Virus record (IMG/VR): IMGVR_UViG_3300002461_000224
Span: 1-51,186 of that record
From: a virus
Taxonomy: Duplodnaviria; Caudoviricetes
Length of the DNA stretch: 51,186 nucleotides
Strand: one strand, 5' to 3'
Made by a program: the position numbers and the translations under genes. This document shows positions 8,268 through 15,917 of this stretch, in pieces. Positions within the stretch are counted from its first letter, which is position 1; each line of letters begins with the position of its first letter. The notes beneath the pieces were generated by a model. The model searched no databases and was not told where the DNA came from. It was given only the letters and a program-made list of their open reading frames with translations.

Positions 8268-9049
8268 TGCGCTTGACCCTTCTTGGCGTTCAAAGCGTCG
8301 ATGGCGCGCTGATAGGACTTGGCCGGGATGTCGGCGATGGTCTCGGTTTTCATGTAGCCGCAGAAGCGCCCGAGATTGGTTCCAGTGTCCGCGATCAGCT
8401 TTTCGATGGCTGCGACCTGTTCCGCGGTGACAAAGCCGCCGTTCTCGCCCACGCCGGCGGCCTTTGCGTCGTCATCGTTGGACGCGGCGAGGCCGAGCGC
8501 GGCCTTGAGGGTCATCCGCTGCAGATAGGTCAGCGTCGAACCGACCGCCTGGATGCTGTTCTTGTTGCCGCTCTCATCCCGGCCGGCGCAGAGGGTGTTT
8601 TCCTCGAAATGGCCGTCGCGGTGCGACACGATGCAGGTCACGGTCACCGGCTCGTTGACCGCCGAAGTGGTGCGGAACCGATAGGAGAGGCCGTACCTGG
8701 CAAGGATCGGCGTCACCGTCTTGGCGACCTCCGCCAGATCCTCATAGCGGTAGTTCGTGCGGCCCTTCGATGAAGTGAAGTCGACCGCGCGGTTCTTGAT
8801 GATCGTCGGGATTTCCGCCTTGGCCGACGCCATGGCGTTGTCGAACGCCTTGCGGGCCATGTTCTTTTCCCACCGCTCCTGCAGCCCCATGAGCTTTTCC
8901 AGCACGTCCATGTCGGCGCCGGACTCGACCGCCCGGTTGAGCATGTCCATCGGCGTCATCGGCACTACCGTCGGCGCCCGCTGTTCCTCGATCTTGGCAA
9001 CCTGGTTCACTTGGATCTCCCCTTCGATTGTTTGCGGTGCGGCTTTCAT
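8264..9049 (-). CDS. erf: ERF-family single-strand annealing protein
   Basis: YRYEDL, GLSYRF, QAVGSTLTYLQRMTL...DDDA; GGAGG RBS before ATG 9049. Confidence 0.9.
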   Translation of the reverse strand: MKAAPQTIEGEIQVNQVAKIEEQRAPTVVPMTPMDMLNRAVESGADMDVLEKLMGLQERWEKNMARKAFDNAMASAKAEIPTIIKNRAVDFTSSKGRTNYRYEDLAEVAKTVTPILARYGLSYRFRTTSAVNEPVTVTCIVSHRDGHFEENTLCAGRDESGNKNSIQAVGSTLTYLQRMTLKAALGLAASNDDDAKAAGVGENGGFVTAEQVAAIEKLIADTGTNLGRFCGYMKTETIADIPAKSYQRAIDALNAKKGQAQ

Positions 9050-9309
9050 CGCGGCCTCCGGTTGATATGCGTCAGCGTGGTTCTGGTGATGACGTCCGCC
9101 ATTGCCTTGATCTGCTAGGCGATCTTGGAAATGTCCTCGGATGCAAGCTTCTGCTGCACGGCGGACCCGGTGGTGTTGCCCTGCTTGAGGCTGCGGACCT
9201 TGTCGACGAGCTGCTGCAGGCTCAGTTCGACCTCGCTCACGGCGAACGAAACGCCGGTAAAGAAAGTCGGCTCTTGCGCTGCGGGCTGCTTTGCGGGGGC
9301 GGAGGTCAT
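9046..9309 (-). pseudogene. 87-codon ORF interrupted by an in-frame TAG at 9115-9117
   Basis: Frame continues 22 sense codons past the TAG to a TGA overlapping the erf ATG. Confidence 0.5.
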
Positions 9310-9593
9310 ACCGGGGCTCCAGTGATTTCTTCCAGAGGGGCGATTGCCGGGCCAATAAGCACGGCTGGTGCGTCATTCGGTTTGGTTGGCGCCACACCCA
9401 GCGCGGCGAGATAAGCCCGCGTGAGATGGTCATATGAACTGGCGCGGCCTCGCAGCTTCTCCCCGGAGTCCTCGTCCTTCTCGATCATCCGGCGCGTGTC
9501 GTCCGGCCCGAGCTGGGCGCGGTAAACGCGCTCGCTCAGATCGCGGATGAAGTCGGGGTCAAAGCCGTTGCGGGGGCCTTTGGGGAAGCTCAT
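9306..9593 (-). CDS. Hypothetical protein, 95 aa
   Basis: Coupled ORF. Confidence 0.65.
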   Translation of the reverse strand: MSFPKGPRNGFDPDFIRDLSERVYRAQLGPDDTRRMIEKDEDSGEKLRGRASSYDHLTRAYLAALGVAPTKPNDAPAVLIGPAIAPLEEITGAPV

Positions 9594-10021
9594 GCGGCGA
9601 CCCTTTCCCGCTGATGCTTGGCGTGATCGAACATGGCCTCGATGGTTTCAAAGCCCTCGTTGTCCAGATGCTGCGCCATGTGCCACCACTGGCCTTCGCC
9701 AGCCGGGACGCCTGCGCTGGAGTTCGGGTACTCGCCCGGCCGTAGCGGCGGCATCGCGTCGTGGTGCGCGCGGACCATTGCCTGCATTGAATTGAAGAAA
9801 GCGGCCTGCCAGCGATCATCCTGCGCGTAGAACATCTGCGCCATTTGCTCGGGCGTGATGTTCTCCGGCTTGTTCATGACCCATGCGGAGAGTTGCTTCT
9901 GCATGGCGGTGACGCGGCTCAGGGCATCCCCGTAGGATTGCGCGAGCTGCATCACGGCGCGGCTGCCGGCCTGTCGCTGGGCTTCTACGGCGGCTTCCAT
10001 TGTCTTGCGGAGAACGAACAT
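9590..10021 (-). CDS. Hypothetical protein, 143 aa
   Basis: Coupled ORF with phage-like codon usage. Confidence 0.75.
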   Translation of the reverse strand: MFVLRKTMEAAVEAQRQAGSRAVMQLAQSYGDALSRVTAMQKQLSAWVMNKPENITPEQMAQMFYAQDDRWQAAFFNSMQAMVRAHHDAMPPLRPGEYPNSSAGVPAGEGQWWHMAQHLDNEGFETIEAMFDHAKHQRERVAA

Positions 10022-10095
10022 CAGATCAAAATCCCAATCAAAAACGATCCAAGAAGGGTAACGATCAGGCTGAGGTACACGTCGCTGCTACACAT
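10021..10095 (-). CDS. 24-aa hydrophobic peptide
   Basis: MCSSDVYLSLIVTLLGSFLIGILI fills the gap exactly; TGATG coupling downstream. Confidence 0.45.
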   Translation of the reverse strand: MCSSDVYLSLIVTLLGSFLIGILI

Positions 10096-10097
10096 CC

Positions 10098-10310
10098 TCA
10101 AAACTCCAGGTTGGCGAAATCCAGTTCCTTCGCCGGCAGGAGCGGCGCGTCCTCCGCAACCGCGTCTCCGACTTGGCGGAGGTCGTCTTCCTGCTCGTGG
10201 TCCGCGATGATTTCCTCGAGGACTTGCATCCGGCGTTGTGTCGGCAGCAGCCACAAAAGGGGCCAGTGCTGCTGGATGATCTCGGAATGCCGCTTGGCGG
10301 TGAGTGGCAT
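10098..10310 (-). CDS. Hypothetical protein, 70 aa
   Basis: ATG 10310 just after upstream stop. Confidence 0.6.
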   Translation of the reverse strand: MPLTAKRHSEIIQQHWPLLWLLPTQRRMQVLEEIIADHEQEDDLRQVGDAVAEDAPLLPAKELDFANLEF

Positions 10311-10312
10311 GG

Positions 10313-10642
10313 CTAATCCCTGTCGTCGTATTCGTATTCGGGGTAGTAGTCGTGATCCTGGCCGCAAATCTCTTGGTAGATGTCGTCGTCATTGCTCAGG
10401 ATCGTGACCAGCCAGTCCGGCGCCGCGAAATAGTTCTCAGCCTTCGCCGTCTTGTGGTCGGCATCGGTCGTGTTGATCTCGACCTTCACAAACTCGATCT
10501 CGGCGGGCTCGGCCGGGTGGCCCTCGTAAGACAGTGAGCCGTAATGGGCGGGGCTACCTGCGCTGAACGTGTACTCGGCGAAGACCAACACGACCTTTGA
10601 GCCGATCTGGAAGTCTGTTTCGTAGAAGTGGGTTGCTGGCAT
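10313..10642 (-). CDS. Acidic hypothetical protein
   Basis: GGAG RBS; HPAEPAEIEF motif. Confidence 0.75.
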   Translation of the reverse strand: MPATHFYETDFQIGSKVVLVFAEYTFSAGSPAHYGSLSYEGHPAEPAEIEFVKVEINTTDADHKTAKAENYFAAPDWLVTILSNDDDIYQEICGQDHDYYPEYEYDDRD

Positions 10643-10647
10643 CGCCG

Positions 10648-11058
10648 CTACTCCGCCGGCTGGTAGGTGATGACGTTCTCGGAAAGCCGCTTCATCGTGT
10701 CCAAGAGCGGGTTGAGGTAATCCAGGTCGATACCTTCATCCTTCCCCGCGTCAATCAGGTTGCCGAGCTTGCCCATGAAGTGATGGAGTTTGGCGTCGCT
10801 GGCGCTAGGAAGATCCTTGATGAATGAGACCGCCTTGGCGTGCGCGGCGTCGAACGTTTCGCCGCTGAAAACCTCGCACTCCGTCTCCCAGTCGTTGTTG
10901 GAGTAGGGCTTCCTCCAGCTCATGTAGATGGAAAGCCCGGCGTTAGCGTTGATCATCACAATGACCTCAGGACGCGACTTGCCCTTTTCGGAGAGTAGCG
11001 CCGGCAATGGATTGATTGCGGCGTAGATGTCGTTGATCGTTGTCATGTTGGTCATCAC
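10648..11058 (-). CDS. Hypothetical protein, 136 aa
   Basis: Coupled ORF. Confidence 0.75.
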   Translation of the reverse strand: MMTNMTTINDIYAAINPLPALLSEKGKSRPEVIVMINANAGLSIYMSWRKPYSNNDWETECEVFSGETFDAAHAKAVSFIKDLPSASDAKLHHFMGKLGNLIDAGKDEGIDLDYLNPLLDTMKRLSENVITYQPAE

Positions 11059-11309
11059 TGTGCCTCGTGCTTGCGATAATCGCGGGCGTGGTCGATCTGG
11101 AAGTCGGATCTGTTAGACTTCTCCTCCTCCTCGGTGTTGCTGATCGCCTCGACCAGATCGGCAATCGCAGCGAGGCGCGTGTGGCCGTAACCACGAATGC
11201 GGCCCTCGTCCTCGTCGTCCCGGTAAGCGCCGAACTCACCGTTCGGGCAGAGGCCGGTGATCACGCGGCAGTCGTTGGCCGGAAAATAGTGCGTCCTGAT
11301 CTGTTCCAT
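11055..11309 (-). CDS. Hypothetical protein (cassette 6)
   Basis: Repeat-borne GGGAGA RBS; GYGHTRLAAIADL. Confidence 0.75.
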   Translation of the reverse strand: MEQIRTHYFPANDCRVITGLCPNGEFGAYRDDEDEGRIRGYGHTRLAAIADLVEAISNTEEEEKSNRSDFQIDHARDYRKHEAQ

Positions 11310-11341
11310 CTGTCTCTCCCGTTTCGACTGTTCGTTAGCTC

Positions 11342-11665
11342 TCAGGCGGCCTGCATGATCGCAATGCGGATCGTTTCGCTGTCGTAGCCCTCACTCGCCA
11401 ACTGGCGGCGAAACTCGCTCGGCTCAATCTCGCCGGCCTCAAGCAGATCGCACATGTATTCGAGGGTTTCGTCGTTCTGGTCGCCTTCGTCTTCGGGCTC
11501 GTTCAGATCGAAGATGTAGCGACCGTAATCGTTGTCCTCGGGGTCAGTCCCCGGCACGAGCCAAAAACCTTCGCCCGCGCGGAAGCGGTCATAGTTGGTC
11601 CAGCCGTTGTAGATTGCGGCGTGGTAGTACTCGTGGAACGCTCCGTCGAAATACAGAATGAACAT
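11342..11665 (-). CDS. Highly acidic hypothetical protein (cassette 5)
   Basis: Exactly bounded by repeats; D/E-rich. Confidence 0.8.
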   Translation of the reverse strand: MFILYFDGAFHEYYHAAIYNGWTNYDRFRAGEGFWLVPGTDPEDNDYGRYIFDLNEPEDEGDQNDETLEYMCDLLEAGEIEPSEFRRQLASEGYDSETIRIAIMQAA

Positions 11666-11700
11666 TTGTGGGGTCTCCCGTTTCGACTGTTCGTTAGCGG

Positions 11701-11895
11701 TTAGGCGGGCTTGCTCTTGCGGTCGCGCATCCAGTGCTTAGCCTCTTCCAGCTTGGTTGCAGCCAGCGAATAGCTGCGATGGCGCCCAAGCTCCTCGACC
11801 CGCAGGACAAGCCGCGAAATATCGATCATGATGTCGTCGATTGCGTCATCGTGTTCGGGTGTAAGGCCGTTGTTGAAGGTCATTGCGTCGCTCAT
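11701..11895 (-). CDS. Acb2/Tad1-like signalling-nucleotide sponge (cassette 4)
   Basis: RSYSLAATKLEEAKHW matches the RxxSLAxTKLEEAxxW helical-hairpin motif. Confidence 0.6.
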   Translation of the reverse strand: MSDAMTFNNGLTPEHDDAIDDIMIDISRLVLRVEELGRHRSYSLAATKLEEAKHWMRDRKSKPA

Positions 11896-11949
11896 TTCAC
11901 TCTCCCGTTTCGTTAGCTAGAGAAGGTTTTTGCCGCTTCTTTTGCCGGT

Positions 11950-12618
11950 TCAGGCAGCGATCTCGGTGAGTTCCAGCCACTGGACGCCAGGCACATTCAT
12001 CTCGATCAAAATCTGCACGACGCCTTCAGCGAAATCTGATAAGATTTTGTCTCGAGCGTAGGCGTAGGCGTAGGCGGAGGCGGAGGCGGAGGCGGAGGCG
12101 GAGGCGTAGGCGTAGGCGTAGGCGGAGGCGTCGGCGGAGGCGTCGGCGGCTCTTGCAATCTTCTTCGCGTGCTCGGCCGCCTCTCGGTTCGGAGAGGCTT
12201 CGCAGCGGCTGGCCGCATCGCGCAGCGCCTGAACATGCTTGGGGTCTTTGTGGACCGAAGCGGCGGCGCGCAGCGCAATCGGAACACTGGTACGACACGC
12301 GAGGTCGGCCAGCTTCATTGCGAACTGCTTTTGATCCAGGGCGCCCTTGCTGCCGAGCTGGATTACGGCGAGACGGCGCAGGCCCTTGGCTCGCGCGGCA
12401 TTCGATGACCACGCGGAATCGTTGAGCCGGATTTTCAGCGAGCGCAGGACGGGATCAACGCACTGAGGATCGTCGCCGTGCGGCAGGCCGAGTGCGTAAC
12501 AAACGGCGGCCTCAACGCACATCTGGCCGGGGATTGGCTTTCCCATGCCGTTGACCAATCCGGCGTCAACGACGTCGAGAAGCTTGGTAACAACGTCCTT
12601 GGTGATTTCGATCTGCAT
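11950..12618 (-). CDS. Hypothetical protein with Ala-X dipeptide repeat tract (cassette 3)
   Basis: ATG 12618 follows repeat RBS; MCVEAAVCYALG...HGDDPQCV. Confidence 0.85.
   Translation of the reverse strand: MQIEITKDVVTKLLDVVDAGLVNGMGKPIPGQMCVEAAVCYALGLPHGDDPQCVDPVLRSLKIRLNDSAWSSNAARAKGLRRLAVIQLGSKGALDQKQFAMKLADLACRTSVPIALRAAASVHKDPKHVQALRDAASRCEASPNREAAEHAKKIARAADASADASAYAYAYASASASASASAYAYAYARDKILSDFAEGVVQILIEMNVPGVQWLELTEIAA
12056..12150 (-). repeat. In-frame hexamer tandem repeat GCCTAC/GCCTCC/GCCGAC
   Basis: About 15 units encoding ADASADASAYAYAYASASASASASAYAYAYA. Confidence 0.95.
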
Positions 12619-12685
12619 TGGTGTCTCTCCCGTTTCGTTAGCTAGAGAAGGGTTTTGCCGCTTCTTTTGCCGTTTCGACTGTTCG

Positions 12686-12904
12686 TTAGCGGAGGTGGAG
12701 ATATTCGGAGCGAACAAACTCTTCGCTCAGGTCGTGCAGCCACTTCACCAGAACGAGCGGGTTGGCTTCGGTCACGTCCGCAATGGCGCGGGTGACACCA
12801 ACCGCATTGCGGCCAAGCTCGGGGTTCCATGTCGTGACGAAGTTGCCGGGCGCGAACTGTTGCGCGGCGGTGGAAACGTAGGGCTGGAGGGCTTCGTTGG
12901 TCAT
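12686..12904 (-). CDS. Hypothetical protein (cassette 2)
   Basis: Bounded by repeats; stop lies inside module B. Confidence 0.7.
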   Translation of the reverse strand: MTNEALQPYVSTAAQQFAPGNFVTTWNPELGRNAVGVTRAIADVTEANPLVLVKWLHDLSEEFVRSEYLHLR

Positions 12905-12960
12905 CTTCGGTCTCCCGTTAGCTAGAGAAGGGTTTTGCCGCTTCTTTTGCCGGTTCAGAT

Positions 12961-13161
12961 TCAGGCGGCGACGCGGAAGTTGCTCTCATGAACACAGAGC
13001 TTGCCGCCGCCTGCGAACTTGACGATGTGCCAGCCTTCGCGAAGGGGTCCGCTGACCTTGGTCCAGCGCGCAATGGTCGCCGTCTCGTTGCGGCCCTGCG
13101 GGTGAGACACGAAGAACTCGATCCGGGTTCCGGTCTTTAAGGACTGCTTGGTCTTGGTCAT
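12961..13161 (-). CDS. Small basic SH3-like protein (cassette 1, first gene after PL)
   Basis: GGGGGA RBS; beta-rich pattern. Confidence 0.7.
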   Translation of the reverse strand: MTKTKQSLKTGTRIEFFVSHPQGRNETATIARWTKVSGPLREGWHIVKFAGGGKLCVHESNFRVAA

Positions 13162-13196
13162 TTGGTAAGTCCCCCGTGTTCGTTCTGATGGGGGTA

Positions 13197-13237
13197 GTTA
13201 TAGTTCAACAATAATTATAGTTCAAGCGGAAATATGG
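13197..13237 (-). promoter_or_regulatory. PL/OL leftward promoter-operator
   Basis: TTGAAC (13225-13220), N17, TATAAC (13202-13197); TATAGTTCAA direct repeat. Confidence 0.85.
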
Positions 13238-13273
13238 GTGGACCGTAAAATATTTTTAGCCTAGAAAGATGGC

Positions 13274-14122
13274 ATGACCGAAGTGCCATACATGAACCTG
13301 TACGTCGGGGACTATCTCGGCGACACCCAGCACCTGACGACCGAACAGCATGGGGCCTATTTGCTGCTCCTGATGGCCATGTGGCGGGCGGGCGGCAGTC
13401 TCCCGAATGACCCGGCCAAGCTCGCTCGGATCGCGCGCGTGAACCCTCGGAGATGGCGGTTGATTAGCCCCGAGGTGGTCGCATTCATGACAGTCGATGG
13501 GGATCAAATCACCCAATCGAGGCTCAAACGGGAGCACCAAAAAGTGGCTTCGATACGGGAGTTACGGAGCGCCAGCGGGAAGGCCGGAGTTTTGGCTAAG
13601 GCATTGAAAACAAAAGAACCGGCTCAAGCAAATGGTAGCCGTTTGCTTAAGCAAAATGGCAGCATACCAAAACCATACCCAGAACCAGATAAGAAGAAGG
13701 AGATAGATATATCTCCACCAGACTCGATTTTTGAGCCAGCCAGAACCCAGCTTGCATTGGTCCCCGCGGCTACGAAGATGCCGGCGAAGGAAGAGAACCA
13801 AGACTTCGAACAATGGTGGAAACAGTACCCTCGGAGAGTGGACAAGGGTTCCGCTCGGAAAGCCTATGAACGGGTCGTCAAGGCTGGGAAGGCCACCGCC
13901 GAACAATTGATAGCTGGGGCTATGCGCTATGCCGCCGAGCGGCAGCACGAAGATCCGAAATACACGAAACACGCCTCCACCTGGCTAAATGCTGAGGCAT
14001 GGGGCAACGAAACAGCACCATCCCTAGCGGCTGGCGGGAATCAAAATCGAGCCCCACAAAGCCGTGCTGATTCGGCGATTGAGGGGATGATGTCCTATTT
14101 CAACGAAAGAGAGCGACAATGA
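13274..14122 (+). CDS. DUF1376/YdaU-family replication initiator (O-like)
   Basis: YVGDYLGDTQHLTTEQHGAYLLLL, FEQWWKQYP, HASTWLN. Confidence 0.88.
   Translation: MTEVPYMNLYVGDYLGDTQHLTTEQHGAYLLLLMAMWRAGGSLPNDPAKLARIARVNPRRWRLISPEVVAFMTVDGDQITQSRLKREHQKVASIRELRSASGKAGVLAKALKTKEPAQANGSRLLKQNGSIPKPYPEPDKKKEIDISPPDSIFEPARTQLALVPAATKMPAKEENQDFEQWWKQYPRRVDKGSARKAYERVVKAGKATAEQLIAGAMRYAAERQHEDPKYTKHASTWLNAEAWGNETAPSLAAGGNQNRAPQSRADSAIEGMMSYFNERERQ
13593..13700. other. Putative replication origin inside the initiator gene
   Basis: AAGCAAATGGTAGC (13626-13639), AAGCAAAATGGCAGC (13649-13663), palindrome TTTGCTTAAGCAAA, then an A-rich tract. Confidence 0.5.
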
Positions 14123-14673
14123 GCAATCTGGTTGTTTCCGGCAATGGATCCGCGATTTCGAAGGTCATGGCGACCACGGAAGAAATCAAACGGCTGACGC
14201 TCATGGTGCTGGAGGCGGAGCGCTCCGGGCTGGCGGCGCAAAAGTCGGCGGCGGAGGCGGTACGGCCCCTGTTGGCGGCGAGCGCGGCAGTCGAGCAATC
14301 CCTCGACCAGTCACTCCGACAGGCCACCGAACAGGAAATAGGGGCGTATCTGGCGCTCTTGCTCAAGGCGTACCCGAACATGGGGAAAGACGACGCTTCC
14401 GCATTCGGGCGCCTATTGCTGGAGGACGTGATCGACCTCAAGCCCAGTATCGGCGGGATCGAGGCCGGATGCCGCGCCGTGCGGCAAACTTGCAAGTTCC
14501 TGCCGGCCATTTCCGAGGTGCTGGAGGCCGTCCGCAATGCGGATAGGTCGCTGCGTGGTTCGGTAGAGCGGCTTCGGTTGCTGCCGGGCTTTGTCGAGAA
14601 GTTGGATGCCCAAATCCAGGAAGGCGAGCTGGCACTGCAGCGCAAAGCAGATCGGAAACTGTCCGCGGTCTAG
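14119..14673 (+). CDS. G39P-like helicase loader/inhibitor
   Basis: Follows initiator; LLKAYPN and KFLPAISEV motifs. Confidence 0.6.
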   Translation: MSNLVVSGNGSAISKVMATTEEIKRLTLMVLEAERSGLAAQKSAAEAVRPLLAASAAVEQSLDQSLRQATEQEIGAYLALLLKAYPNMGKDDASAFGRLLLEDVIDLKPSIGGIEAGCRAVRQTCKFLPAISEVLEAVRNADRSLRGSVERLRLLPGFVEKLDAQIQEGELALQRKADRKLSAV

Positions 14674-15080
14674 CCGTTGGTCCCGGTCTTCCCGACGATG
14701 GTCTGCGCGATCTCGGCAATCATCCTGCGCTGCGTATCGCTCGCCCGGCCGATAATTGACATCAGGCCTTCGCCTTCCTCGAGCGGGTTGACCTCCAAAA
14801 GCCACCCCGGGCTTGTTTTGTAGACGTCGGCGAGTGCCTGTAGGCCGGCCGGCGTGTAGCCTTGCTCGCCCCGCTCCATCGTCGAAATGTTGCCAGCGGT
14901 CATCCCAGAGGCTGTGGCGACCTCTTCAAGCGTCATGTCGCCGCGATATTTGCGCCATTGCCGGAAGAACTGCCGAGGGGGACGAATCACCGTCTTGAAC
15001 CTGGTTCGCACCATGTCCTTGCCGGGCGATTTGGGTTTCTGGAGCGGGGTTGTTTTTCTAGCCATGCTATAATCTAGCAT
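14670..15080 (-). CDS. cI: CI-like XRE/HTH repressor lacking a peptidase domain
   Basis: RQWRKYR.DMTLEEVA...ISTMERG...LADVYKTSPGWLL; divergent from cro; start uncertain. Confidence 0.85.
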   Translation of the reverse strand: MLDYSMARKTTPLQKPKSPGKDMVRTRFKTVIRPPRQFFRQWRKYRGDMTLEEVATASGMTAGNISTMERGEQGYTPAGLQALADVYKTSPGWLLEVNPLEEGEGLMSIIGRASDTQRRMIAEIAQTIVGKTGTNG

Positions 15081-15108
15081 CGGGGCTCCAATTGACCACA
15101 GAGTTCCA

Positions 15109-15149
15109 CCATATTTCCGGTTGAACTATAATTATTGTTCTGCTATACG
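15109..15149 (+). promoter_or_regulatory. PR/OR rightward promoter-operator
   Basis: TTGAAC (15121-15126), N17, TATACG (15144-15149); 30/31 inverted match to OL. Confidence 0.85.
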
Positions 15150-15155
15150 CGAGGA

Positions 15156-15377
15156 ATGAAACTCGCAGAATGGCTCGCGCTTCCAAACCCGGATGGCTCC
15201 AGAAAACGCCGCTACGCTTTTGCGTCGGCGATTGGTGTCACACCGATCATGATTACCGCTTATTGCGAAGGGAACACTTGGCCCGGTCGGGACAAGATGG
15301 AAGCCATCGTTCGCGAGACAGGCGGCGCGGTCACCGCGAATGACTTCATCGACATGAAGCAAAGCGGGGCCGCCTAA
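15156..15377 (+). CDS. cro: Cro-like repressor
   Basis: MKLAEWL...FASAIGVT...TGGAVTANDF; ATG 6 nt after the -10, probably leaderless. Confidence 0.88.
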   Translation: MKLAEWLALPNPDGSRKRRYAFASAIGVTPIMITAYCEGNTWPGRDKMEAIVRETGGAVTANDFIDMKQSGAA

Positions 15378-15619
15378 TGCGCCAGCGCGTGCCCGCTCCA
15401 GACGCCAACGGTTACCGATCGATCGGCCAGCACCCTGGTCGTCTCGGCATTCCCTTGGACTGCACCTGCGAGGGACACCGCCAAATTCAACGTCGCGCCG
15501 CCTTGCATGATGAAGCCGATGCAGCGGAGTACGCCGTTGACTTTCCGATAGGCCCCGAACCCATCGCAGTAGACCAGCGGCAGTACCTGGGCCTGCTCGA
15601 GCAGTTCTTCGTCTGTCAT
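15374..15619 (-). CDS. Antisense hypothetical protein, 81 aa
   Basis: GGGGGAG RBS before ATG 15619; stop overlaps cro stop. Confidence 0.6.
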   Translation of the reverse strand: MTDEELLEQAQVLPLVYCDGFGAYRKVNGVLRCIGFIMQGGATLNLAVSLAGAVQGNAETTRVLADRSVTVGVWSGHALAH

Positions 15620-15768
15620 TTTTTTGCTCCCCCCGGAGTGGCGTCGTTGCCCGTGACCACATCTTGTGGCGACCACCAACCTCCGCGCAAGACACAAAAC
15701 AGACACAACCGCGCAGAATCCCACCGAGCAAAAGCGAGCGATCGTGCATTTGCACGCGGGAGGGCGGC

Positions 15769-15915
15769 ATGATGACCGCAATCGCCCTGTTAGCTGGCGC
15801 TTCGCTCACGTTTTTGCCCCTAAGTCTGTTCGTGCGTCGTCTCGTCATCGGTAGAATTGCGGATGTGGATAACTTCCCGCCGCTGCCGTCCGGGTCTCTG
15901 GATCGGGGAGGCTAG
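15769..15915 (+). CDS. Small single-TM protein
   Basis: GGGAGG RBS; hydrophobic N-terminus. Confidence 0.5.
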   Translation: MMTAIALLAGASLTFLPLSLFVRRLVIGRIADVDNFPPLPSGSLDRGG

Positions 15916-15917
15916 GG

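Larger units (their letters stand above)
11315..12958 (-). repeat. Five intergenic modular repeats carrying the RBS (11315-11339, 11674-11698, 11901-11953, 12622-12692, 12911-12958)
   Basis: Module B GCTAACGAACAGTCGAAACGG (3 copies) and module A CGGCAAAAGAAGCGGCAAAAmCCTTCTCTAGCTAACG (3 copies); each gap ends in CGGGAGA before an ATG. Confidence 0.95.

Noticed and set aside
9115-9117. Genome-wide TAG reassignment
   Set aside because: TAG is a normal stop elsewhere (e.g. 14671-14673, 50464-50466) and long genes are uninterrupted
12056-12150. Diversity-generating retroelement variable region
   Set aside because: No reverse transcriptase or template repeat in the window; the pattern fits slippage
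12619-12717. N-terminal extensions given by the ORF track (also 5689-6822, 6859-7923, 8264-9433, 20577, 41688)
   Set aside because: They run through repeats or other genes; downstream starts with an RBS or coupling fit better
11315-12958. CRISPR array or integron attC array
   Set aside because: Intervening segments are whole ORFs of about 200-670 bp, the repeats are not palindromic, and no cas gene or integron integrase is present
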